DNA from: Takakia lepidozioides
Lineage: Eukaryota; Plantae; Bryophyta
DNA length: 64,000 bases
Assembly: GCA_030704615.1 (NCBI GenBank)
Contig: CM060733.1
Coordinates: 30,566,001 to 30,630,000, forward strand
Direction: 5' to 3'
Shown here one piece after another: positions 11,901 through 23,013 of the stretch. Below the pieces are notes generated by a model. The model was not told the origin of the DNA and made no database searches. It saw only the letters and a list, made by a program, of their open reading frames with translations. Position numbers and translations under genes: made by a program. Positions within the stretch are counted from its first letter, which is position 1. Every line of letters starts with the position of its first letter.

Positions 11901-14900
11901 CAGTAGAAAGTCCGTTACGTTGAAATAAACTGTCCACTCGAGCATACCAGGAGTTCCTGAAACCTGCAGCTTTGAGCCTCATAGATGTTGTGAGGGCCCT
12001 TGCCACTAGCCCTTTGAGTGGAAGGGCCTGCAATCTATGGAGAAAGATTGTAAGCCTGAAGAGGGCCTCGGATTGCAATGGTACACATGCGAACTCTGCA
12101 CCTAGGATCTGAGATGGAGTTGTGCTCCTGGCGCCAAGCATTGCTTGGAGAAAAGATGACTGTAATGGTTCCAAATTCTTTTCCCACCAGGAGACAGGAC
12201 CAGGTGCCCAGAACTCACAACCATAGATGGTAGCAGGGCTGACGACGGTGTCAAACAGCCACTTTTTGGTCGGGGGATGCCGCAGATGTATTTGCTTGCA
12301 TTTGGCCTGAAGGCGGACGGAGGCCGCCTTACCTTTAGTCAACCTGTCCAAGGCAGTGGCTGCAAAGTGAAACTTGGGGGAGTGGATAACCAGACCTAGG
12401 TACCGGTATGATTTCACAATCTCAATTTCCTGCTGGTTGAAGATGAATCTACGATCAGCCTGGCCATTGAAGACCATGATCTTGGTCTTGCTAACATTGA
12501 CCTGCATCCCATAGTCTTTGCAGAACTGTTCCAAAATTTTGAGATGGCGTTGCAGAAAGACCGGGGATTGTGCCAAAAGGGCAACATCATCAGCATAGAG
12601 GAGATCTGATTGGGTTGGTCCCCCATCCAATGGGACCCCAACCCCATGGTCCAATGGGACCCCTCCACAAGCAGCCCAAAAACAAATAGTGTTCAAGGGG
12701 TTGTCTAAGAGTGGATGTGTCATGCAGATATGCTGATCGCTTTCGATTTCCCTGTTGTTTCCAGTTAAAGAATGAAACTCTATAACTTCCATCGGAGAAA
12801 TGATAGCAAGGGGTCGCATAATGCCTTGGTTGTGTGGTCAAGCTTTACCTGTCAATATACTTCTTTGTGCAGCGCTCGATGTAAGTCTGGGTGTATGTCA
12901 GATACCCAGCTTCGAGTCGCCTCACAAGCCCAGCAAGATGAGATATATCGACTGCATCCCACACCTTGATCACTTGGACAACTGTCGGCCCCTTTTCAAC
13001 ATCAACCGTCCATACCAACAGAAGCCCTGCTACTGGTTGAACCTGTATCAGCTTGGCAAAAGCTTCAGTGGCAAGGTCTGTGGATGTGGGATATGGTGAT
13101 CGCTTACCCTTGGCCAAATTGAGCATTGTGTTCAGAAGGAGCTGACGACCTTGAGTGGACCTCATTTGTGTTATTGTTACCTTCATCTCCTTAGCAAACA
13201 GTACCTGTGGGAGAAAATGAAGTTCAAACTATTGATGCAAGCTCCAGCAATGGGGTCTTCACACAGAAATCATCTGGTGTGTAACCAATTGAGAGTTCAT
13301 AAATGAACAGCAGAGGTGAATCCAAACTATAGCTGAGCAACGGTAAGTCATCTCAGACGACAGCACTAAGCTACAGTCATCTTTACTCACCTTCCACAAT
13401 GGGGTCTTCACACAGAAATCATCTGGTGTGTAACCAATTGAGAGTTTATAAATGAACAGCAGAGGTGAATCCAAACTATAGCTGAGCAACGGTAAGTCAT
13501 CTCAGACGACAGCACTAAGCTACAGTCATCTTTACTCACCTTCCACAAAGTCCCATTGAAAAGTATTGACTTTGGGTCAAGCAACTCTGCAAGCTGATTG
13601 AGCTCTTGCTTCACCCTCCTAATGACTTTTGTCATGCCCTCATCAAGTCCTGCAGAGACAAAGCACTTTCTCTGCCTCACATTCTCCAGCAACCTCTTCC
13701 AGACTGGGTCTTTCAATCCCAACGTGCTTGAATTGCCCACAATCCACATGCAATATCTGGAACAAACAACACAATGTTCTTATAAGCTTACAACTTTATT
13801 AACTTTTCAATTACAGAATGTTATATCCTCAGAACCATGGCAAGGTATAATTCTTCCCGGCTGATTGACAATCTGTACGGGATTGCTATGTGAGATTGAA
13901 CTTTCTAACTGGTCACACCAACCACGTGAGTCTGGTCACCACACTATGATTGCTATTCTACAAACCTTGGGGGTATTCTTAGTCTAGGACTCAGTAGCTG
14001 CATCTATTTGAATTGAAATGGAACTTTGAAGAAAGTTACACTGATACAAAAATCAGAAAGCCGCGAGCATTCGGAGTCCAGTTTGGCAAGATAATCAGAG
14101 TGTCTTAGTTTTGGAAGACAAACTGGACGTTACCTAGCCCGTGTGATGGCAACATTGAGTCTCCGGTAGTCACTGAGAAACCCAATGATGCCTGATTTAT
14201 TTGCACGAACAGCTGAAAAGATGATGACATCTTTCTCTCTCCCCTGGAAACCATCAACTGACTTCACTTCAACATCCACACTGCCAGTGTGACCCTTGGT
14301 CTGTTGGACATTATCCAGGCGTCTGTTGAGGGCTTCTACCTGGCTTTTATATGGAGAAATAATTCCAATTGTCAATCCTGTAATCTCCCATTCTGCACAC
14401 ACTGGAAGCATTCACCTGTAGTTGAGGAGAAGATACTACCAGGACAGCAGACAAGTTGCAAATGCTGTACTAGAATCAAGAGTTCGACATGGTCGCATTA
14501 CTGAAACAACCTGTCTTTTTTGTGCCTGGTAAACTCCGGACTCCCGTTTGAGAGGTACCCCCACCCAAGATGAAATAAGAGCCAAATCCAAGGTAGGAGA
14601 GCTTTCAAAGATGAAAACTTCCAGGACAGACCAGGTCAAAACTTCCACGAAAGACACATGGAAGAAGAAACAACAACAATCGGAAGGAAACCAGAAGAGT
14701 GCTGCCTCAACCTTATTTCAGTCTAATGCAATAATCTCACTTACACTCCACAAAAAGATCCAAACAACTTCCACTTGTGTTGTCTAGAAAATGATCAATG
14801 TAACCTCACTAACATCTTCACAATGATGAGCAACATACTGGGTAGAGTTTCAGGAAAATATGAGCAGAACTACAGCTGCCGTATATACCTGCACGTAACC

Positions 14901-17900
14901 TTCCAATCAAATGGAGCACAACCTCAACCTCCACTAGGTTCCTCCAAGATCTGCTCCCACTATTTTCGTCTCTATCCTCACTTCCATCACGGACATCAAT
15001 AAATGCATAGGGACCAAAAAGCTTCTGCTGATAGGGCAGGTTGGAATATGTCTCTTGCAAGACATTTTCCCCATCACTGACTTCTGCATTATAGAAGTGA
15101 AAATTTGGGAAAATACTAATAGCTGGATGCATCCTATACTGCACATTTAGAAGACTGCATGGATGCTTCAATGTCTGAAGCCTCTCAAATAAGCTTCGTC
15201 CATAGCCGCAATCCTTGGCAATCTGAAGTAAGAACAACCCACACAAGATGTCAGAGATCATCTCAGAGTCCCAATTCGATCGCCACAAAGTAGATTGAAA
15301 TCACAGTCGAAGGTAAAAAGGAAGACACAGAAAAGAATTGAGGAGAACAGAAGTGAAGAACTGCCAACCTTAAAAAGGACCGGTGGCACAAGTAGACCGC
15401 ATGTGTGATGATATGGTTACTCAACCACTAGTACAATTGACAACCTGAACTTTCAAGAACAAAATTCTATTCATGCAGAGAAATCTGCATTGAAAATTTT
15501 TGGAGTGGAAGGGGAACACATTCAGGCAGGCTACCTGACTTAAGACTGTAGCTGGCAGTTGCATGTGGTCTCCTACTAAGATGGCCTGTTTCAATCCAGT
15601 CATCCGAGTGACAATGGCCATCTCAGCCTCTACACATTGAGAAGCCTCATCGACAATCAAACACTCAAAAGGTGGACTTGTGCACACAGATCTGCTTCCC
15701 GCTGAAGTGACAGTGCAGAATACAAGGGAGGCATTTTCCAGACAAAGCTCCTGCAGCAGCTCCTCCACAGGTCGAGGTAAAAAGATGGACCCAGGCTCCG
15801 TTAGTGAGGTCAACATCTGGCAAAGAGACTGTCTTGCATTCTGAAAACGGAATCCAGAGCTTCCCTCGTTACATTGCCCTGCCAGCAGTAAGGGCTCACT
15901 CCAACTGGCAAACAGATCAAACCAAAGCTGGACCTCTGCATCCGTCAAGGTGGCATCACTCACAAGCCTCAAGAGCTCTGTTATCTGATTCCCTGCGGCT
16001 TCCAGTTTCTGAATCGTGTCCCTACTAATATATTTACTAGGCAAGTCCGTGCACAGAATGTGACCCTTTTCCTTCATACTTGGTGCCAATATTTCCAATT
16101 TTGACCTGACAAACTGCAAGAAGCTTGACATGGGGGTTGTGGCCACCTTGTTCGTCTGATAATTTTCTTGATAGGCTTCATACTGACTGCCTGCCAAGTT
16201 CAGAAAATCCAGCACCGCATTTGTGGTTGCCCGCCAACCATTGATCGAGTCAAGAGCAATCATTAGCCGCTTGACTCTATGGGTGAGATATATTTGTCCT
16301 AACAGGCCCTCCACATCCAGCCTGTCCTCATTACCAACCAAAACAAGATCACCCAACTGCAAAGGACAAGTGCTGCACTCACATTGAAATCTGTGCAATT
16401 GACAGAATTCAGCAAATTGGAGGTCTCTGCAAGTGAAGAAGTTCAAGAACCTTCTAGCAACCTCAGAGATTGCAGTGTTTGTTGGTGCACAAACAAGAGT
16501 TCGGCAGTTCAGAGAGCTCAAAATTGAGAGCAGGGTAGCAAGGGTTGAAGTCTTCCCCGTGCCTGGGGGTCCCTGGATTAATCTCACCAGAGGTTTCTCT
16601 CTCCTTAGAAGCCCAAGAATTGTAGTCCTTATGGCAAGTGCTTGTGAATCATTCAGCCTCTGGAAATCACAGTAGCTGCAGATGCCTTGTTCAATTTCGA
16701 AGTCATGATCCACCACTGAGCAATCTCTGTCTGTTACTTCTGTCCCCTGGAAAAAAGTAAAGAGTTTTACTTTGAATTCTGATTTGTTGTACATCAGCAG
16801 TGTTGCATCTAACCCTCCAAAGAAATTCCTATATGTTCAGAGGTGCCTCCTTCACTGCTGTTTTCCTTTACTCCTCAGCAATACAGTGACAAAGACAAAT
16901 TAAAAGCTACTATTTATGTCCATGTCCCTCATGAGCTGCGTGGGCATGCTAATGGTACTTTGGAGGTATGAACTATAGAGATGGAAGAATGCAACCCATA
17001 CCTCTGCCCCTCTATAAAGTGTCTCCTCAATAATGGGTAGCTTGACCTTTTCAGACGGGTGCAGTGCATCCCATATCCGCAGCCCTGTTGCAAGGTTTCC
17101 CAGACACACAGCAAACCAACTCTTCTTTTCATCCAACATAGATGCATACTCCGGACTTTCTGATGGGGCATACACTTTGGCCCGCAAAATTTTTGAATCT
17201 TCAGAGTCTTCACGACTCAACCCTGCTAGTGATGCAAGAGCATAGTGAACTCCCGGTCTCTGAAGTTCACTGTAATCATTGTCCGGCACATATGTGGTCA
17301 GGACAATGAGGTCAGTTGGTTTTGGTTTCCAAGTAGGCTTCCCGTTTTTGCCTTTGCTTATTGGGAGTTGGTCATTTTGTGTCAACATAAGAGTTTTCAG
17401 GTGGCTAGTTTTGTCCAACTGACGTTTTTCATCAATAGAAGTAAGGACTATATATGGTGCAACGCTGATCTCCTCAAAGGCCTGTTGGAGCTGCGCTCGA
17501 GTTTCCTCCACCAATGGCCAAGCAAATACTTCCATGTACTTCTTCAAGGTGGCAAACTGAAGGGGTATGGCCTCCACCTGCTTAGGCAAGAAGATGGTGC
17601 ACCTGATTAATCTTCACTGCAAAAGGAAGGACTCTTTAGAGTGCCCACATCACTTTTGTCCCCAATCATATCTCTGTTGGTGTATTCACCAAAAATCCAG
17701 GAAATCAATCCCTAACCGCCCCCTCCACAACATAATTCTACAGAAGAAATCATCCTTGCCCACAAATCATAGCATACCAAGCTATCATATTTACAGCTTG
17801 TTCTTCCTTGATCGGTGGCATAACCATGTATCTCTTCTAATTTGCTAGTTTGCTAGTCTACTTGTTACTTGTGACAAGTTCCAGGTAGGTGGTGCTTTTG

Positions 17901-19130
17901 ATAAGCAGTGGTCCAACTCAAAGTTTCCCAAGACCATTGTGAAGAGAGTTCTCAATACATCCGTAGCATACTGGTTAGTTCATTTAATTTAATCTGATCT
18001 GCACACCCATCGAAGGAAACAACCAATCTGCGAGTGGTACTTCCAATTGGGTAGGTATGCAGTCAGACTTCTCACACACTTTAACATAATGTCAGGTCCT
18101 GAGAGGAAAACGGCACTGACTGGGCTTCCAGCACAAATAGCTGTGGTTCTCATGAGTTACCAGGGTGAGGTTTTATACTAAATTACATAGCAAGCCATAA
18201 GTGATAATCATGCACTTGTCACTACAGAGATGACCTCCCTTCCATGTTAAGAAAGCACCAAGTGCAGGCAGAAAAGTCTCATCCTTGGGGCAAGGTAAGA
18301 GCAAGAGACTAACAACTGTGGTCGTTGAAATAACACGAACTAACCAGTAGGGTGCTTCAAGCAATGTCAGACTTCTGGAGTAGTACCCTGCCGTCTTTTG
18401 AACTTCAAAGTGCTACTACTTTGAGGCACTAGAGTAAAGCTCAAGTGCTAGGAGATGTTGGGGGGAACTTCGCAGGGCCACTGCAGTAGTAGGTCGGTGT
18501 AAGTACTGGCCTAAATGCTGGTATCACCTTTCCAGTTGATTTCCAATATTCACCAAAGTAGTACATACAGAGGGTTGGGTAGATTTTCACCTTGTTCACT
18601 AGAAGTCTCTCTTTCATGATGTCCTCGATTGACCACCTGAGCACCTCTTCTAATAGAGAGTGGTTTTCCTTATATTCCTTCGCATCAGCAGCACTCATTA
18701 TCCGTACAGCCTCCCCATTTCCTTGTACAGAAAGCTTCTGGAAGAATTCTTTGTCAGGCTCTTGAATGAGCACAGGGATTAACTGAGCCAATTCTTTGAA
18801 AACCCATAACCTTCGGTTATCCAGACTGTACCAGCCACCTTTGTGATTGACAACTCGGATGGGGGGAATATCAGTGACCTTCAATTTTCCCTCCTTGAGC
18901 TGCTTAAGTGTATCATTCAAAGACACAATTGGAGAGGCCTGCAAGGCCTCTGCATAGGATGTTCCTGTGGCAGCCTGGCCGGCACCAACATTTCCGGCCC
19001 CTTTCTGTACTGGTTTTAGGAGGGTCCTCCGGAAGACTTTGCTGATTGAGGCCTGAGTGTATTTGATGTCTTTGGGATCCATCAAGACCCTGGAATCCAA
19101 TTCCACGGCTGAGGTTTCTTGATCGGCCAT
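2934..19130 (-). CDS. TRANK1-like double SF1 helicase (SEN1/Upf1-type + UvrD-type + TPR) with N-terminal ParB/Srx-like domain, ~3,120 aa, apparently intact
   Basis: Exons read by eye, all GT-AG and phase-compatible: 19130-18591, 17577-17002, 16746-15535, 15222-14889, 14401-14134, 13756-13540, 13204-12849, 10713-10204, 9867-8394, 8216-7857, 7675-7438, 7216-5045, 4722-4036, 3760-3492, 3089-2934. The last exon ends either at TGA 2936-2934 or at a donor AA|GTGAGT leading to a further exon. Helicase 1 motifs: [55 protein letters not shown]. Helicase 2 motifs: [44 protein letters not shown]. Confidence 0.88.
7857..10713 (-). other. UvrD/REP-like SF1A helicase module, exons 8-10
   Basis: [70 protein letters not shown]. 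Confidence 0.92.
10855..11270 (-). mobile_element. Older, degenerate 3' fragment of a LINE in intron 7
   Basis: Homologous to 11290-11735 (e.g. ccagtctctatccgta...cccaccctgaaccgccccaatgcc, caagattctatcatc, gaaagctc...gagcttatggg), but with indels. Confidence 0.8.
11271..12650 (-). mobile_element. 5'-truncated LINE (RT C-half + C-terminal CCHC) in intron 7
   Basis: [44 protein letters not shown]...[13 protein letters not shown]; stop at 11380; (CATTT)n tail at 11271-11290; short duplicated filler (tccaatgggacccc x2) at the 5' junction. Confidence 0.9.
13248..13548. repeat. 149-bp tandem duplication spanning the exon 6 donor site
   Basis: caatggggtcttc starts at 13248 and 13397; the copies differ at one visible base (gttcata vs gtttata); both contain TGGAAG|GTGAGT on the minus strand. 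Confidence 0.95.
13540..17577 (-). other. DUF6469 + SEN1/Upf1-like (AAA_11/AAA_12) helicase module, exons 2-6
   Basis: WSIEDI...KVEAIP..F.....Y...[11 protein letters not shown] (DUF6469-like, beginning in exon 1), followed by the full SF1B motif set. Confidence 0.9.
18765..19082 (-). other. ParB/sulfiredoxin-like domain in exon 1 of the helicase gene
   Basis: [15 protein letters not shown]...[12 protein letters not shown]....[24 protein letters not shown] matches the I.[FY][ST]Q.SI / P.I.VV / DNRRL pattern of ParB-like domains; SLDNRRL at 18827-18807. Confidence 0.7.
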
Positions 19131-22100
19131 TACAGAATATGTCAGGAGTTGTGTCTGCAAGTCAGGGATCGAAATGCGGTTGACCGCCTACATGTGAACT
19201 GATTGTACTCCGCGCTGCTTATACCGCGCTGGCCCACTTTGATCATCGACTGTCAAGACTGCCACATTCACCTGAAAACATGCAATTCTGCCAACCCATG
19301 TGATTATTATGAAGAAACCATATCAAGACTGAGTTAGATGAGTCTGGTCCTTACACTTGCTGTTTCTGGATCGGGGTAATAAATACACACAAATCATGGG
19401 CTGCAGAGAGACATCAGATGAAGTGTGCTGAAGCTGTACCACACTCGTCAATTGTCTCCTTGGCCCTGGGGGCCCTGTGGACGTTATAATGTATCGATCT
19501 TTGAAGCAGCATTTCATTCTCCCACAGGATTTTAGACTGGGAGACAACCGGAGCTACGGATTTCGAGCTGTTTGTGCCGACAATCGGCCAGGCATACATG
19601 CAAACTGCAATATCCAGAAACAGCAAACTCCTACCGAGACAGCGTTGGCGGAAGTATGCGCTCTCAGTCTTGCACGCATAAGCTATACACTAGCAAAAGC
19701 TGAGCAACCAGCTACTTGGAAGTCTTCGACTTTAGCCAAAGTCGGAGCGCTGCAGAATTGCATGAATATGATAAACATATTGCACTCAAGCTTAAGATTT
19801 TCTTGAACGACGCTGCCAATGCCCAATAACAACAGGTTGACAGCACACTGTCGTCGGAGTGTCTGAGAACAAGAGACGAATTCACATAGCCAGGAAATGC
19901 GTGCTTGAAGATACAAACCTCTCCTGAATTCACCTATGATGCCCACCTACGATGCCCTTGCCATCTCCAGCTCTCCAATGCCAGTGAAAAAGAGAATTCA
20001 GGAAACATTAACATGCTATACCGAAATTGCCAGAAAGAGAATTGTCAATCTCTCAGCCCATCCCCGGCAGTCCTGCAACCGAACTCTCCACTCCGACACT
20101 ACTCGTTTCTACAGTCCCCTGAATCCATACTCACACCCCGATGAGCAGCTCATCAATCGCCACTTTCCAACGAAGCTCCGGAACCAAACTCTCCACAACA
20201 TCCCGCCCCCCACCTGCTCTACCACTATCTAAATCCAGCATATCAACACCCCCAACGAATCTCCCAATTCTGCATCACCCAGCCTCCTGATCCCCCCCAA
20301 TGCGCTGCCGCAATCACTCTCTTCCCACCACCTCTCCATCCATCTCCACTGCTTCTGCGGACCCCCAAACTACACACCTCCCGTTAGAATCCTGCAACAA
20401 CAATCTGCAGTTTCGCATCACACTCTCACCCCGCTACAACTCTCGAGCAATTTCCGCATCCACAATTGCATCAATCTTTCCAAACCTCCTCTCCTCCCGT
20501 CTTCGGTCTCAAGGGGGGTGGGGGGAACCAAGATTTGTAGCGCACTGTTTGCAATGAAGGCGCTGCATGTGCGGCACCCTTTTCTTAAAAGGTGGTATGC
20601 TAACAAGCTTGCGTGCCGTCGACGCTTGAATACAGCGAGAAAAGGGTGGCGAGCCCGAAGACGTGGCGCCGCCTTTGGCACTTGGGTTTAATGACTAGTA
20701 ATGCCCATTGTCGTTTAGGCCCATATGGATATTTAGAGCCATCTTGGCCGTTGGAATCCTTGACACGTCACCAATCTCATGATTTCGGACCGTCCGGATG
20801 CGCTGGCGAGATAGTCGTATCGGCGGCGGATTGTACGGTGAGCTTGAACGGCGTAATTTTAGACGACTGTCTGACGTACATATATTTACGTAACAGTTTA
20901 TTTTACCCATACGAATACAAATACGGTATCCAGTGGGCTCTTGGCCAGTTTCCTTTTTTGTTTATGTTTTGGTTTTGATTTTTTGGCGAATAAAAAAGGG
21001 GAAGGTCAGCTAGAGCTAACTTTTGGGCAGGGTTAAAAATAAAGTTGCTTAAATCTTTGGTAAAAACAAACTTACTCTTCGGCAGCATCTCCTCTATCAG
21101 CTGCCAGCAAGCTCTAGAACTGCAGACTGTGAGAAGAGGAATGTCGAACAGAGATCAAAGTGAAGGGTAGGGACATTGAGGAAGATGAAGATGGAGATGA
21201 AGACGAGCATGAAGATAGAAACATCCATGCTGTATTTTTGGGGAGGACGCCTTTAAGTCATGTAAAGATCCAAGGAAAAGTAACCTCCATGCTACTTCCT
21301 GTTCTACTTGCTAGTTGCTACAGTAGTCTGCTTCGCTTTCTTCTTATTCGTATTGCTATATAATTATTTATGGAAAGTAGGAGCAGGTGATGCAGGGGCC
21401 TCAATCTGTGTCACTCCCTGGGAGTGCTGTCTTGGAAACTAGTATTCACAATCTATAGTGTCTACGATTTCAAGGCTCTTGTGGTAAGTGGCGATCAAGC
21501 AAAAGATGCGGAGCTAGCCTACGTGATGACAGAGGTAGGCGTTGTCTCATTACTGAAGAAATATGCTGATCAGTGTCTTTGTGATGAGCCTCACCTCGCC
21601 TGTCAGAGGTAATTGAACACTTCAACACTTCGGAAAGAGAGACACGAATGACCGGCAAATTTGGTGGCCTAGATGCAAAAATGTTTTAAGCTCGGAAAGT
21701 TTCTCCGTTTAGAGTCTTGTTTAGGTCTTGGCAGAGACATTATCACTGTGGGTAAAGCTCATTGGGCTTGGATTCAGCTTCACTCTTCCCAAAGGAGTGC
21801 TGATGTGCAAACCTCCTTGGAGAATGAGTTATATGGTAATTGGTCATTTCGTGCTTACATTTGGATCATCTTTCCTGTGAGGGGCTGATTCGTTGGCATA
21901 TGCCCCTGAGCATTTGTTGGTGTTGTTGCTGAGTTGAGTTGGGGCCTGCAGCTCCTTACTGTTTCTTTAGCCTCTTTTGGCATGTTAAGCGTGTTCATCT
22001 TCCTTCCAAATAAAAACGGAGACACAATTTGTTGTGTCAAGTGGTATCGACCAGCCTCCAATAACCCCCTCAGCCCTCTCACTTGATCCTCTAAGCAGCT

Positions 22101-22695
22101 GAGGTCAGCATGTGTTTGTTGCACCTGTGACTGTTTTTCATATTGCAATCAGCATCATGCAAAACATCTTGCAACACAGGTCGGTTCTCACAGGGGCACT
22201 AGTACACTGGCCGGTTTCTAGCAGGCATTGGAAGGAGGGAGGAAGAAAGAAAACCAAAGAACAACTAGGGACCATGGGAGACAGTAGAAGAACAAGGCAG
22301 ATAGTGACGAGAGTTTGGGAGAACTAACTTTGGTCGCAAGGATTGTGTTGCATCCTCCAAATTTTCAATAGTCCCTGATCATATTCAATCAACAAGAGAA
22401 AAAAAAGCTACTTTCATTTCTTGGTGCACTCTGGATCTGGGTGTAATGTGATATGATATGGCTGTGAATGCCACATATACTGGGAATGATGAGGCCAGGG
22501 AGGATGTCCAGAGGACATTCATGGTCACCAACTGCAGGGGAAACGTTCTCATGGCTACAGTACATTCTTTAATTTCTGAACAAAACCAAGGGTTGAAGGA
22601 TTTACCACACTTTGAATCTCAATGAGGTGTTTCTGAAGGTGATATAAAGATGAGATACTTGACTGAAAAGCCAAAATTATTATGGGTGAGCTTCA

Positions 22696-23013
22696 TTGCC
22701 TTTTCCTGTCAAAATCCAGAGGTTCATTTCCATCTGGACATCATCGACCCTGCTGGATTGACTTGCAGAGTCACATTTGCTCATTGTATGAGCCTTGAGG
22801 TTGAATTGGGACTCGCCATTTTCTTCCTCAATCTCCACTGCGATTACATGCAGGTTGCCTTTTCCTGTCAAAATCCCCAGGTTCATTTCCATCTGGACAT
22901 CATCAACCCTGCTGGATTGACTTGCAGAGTCACATTTGCTCATTGTATGAGCCTTGAGGTTGAATTGGGACTCGCCTTTCTTCCTCAATCTCCACTGCGA
23001 TTACATGCAGGTT
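22696..23013. repeat. 159-bp tandem duplication in exon 13 of the pseudogene
   Basis: ttgccttttcctgtcaaaatcc starts at 22696 and 22855; GESQFNLKAHTMSKCDSASQSSRVDDVQMEMNL is repeated in ORF 22680..22988. Confidence 0.95.

Noticed and set aside
11380-12819. 479-aa ORF as an independent or domesticated RT gene
   Set aside because: The N-terminal ~60 aa come from host intron and junction filler; the RT lacks everything upstream of YADD.
19200-21100. Defined promoter, uORFs, or an 11-bp hairpin (cacccttttct / agaaaagggtg at ~20575-20648)
   Set aside because: It is plausibly the 5' UTR/promoter of copy 1 (one GGCCCA site-II-like motif near 20718), but the signals are too short to support without transcript data.
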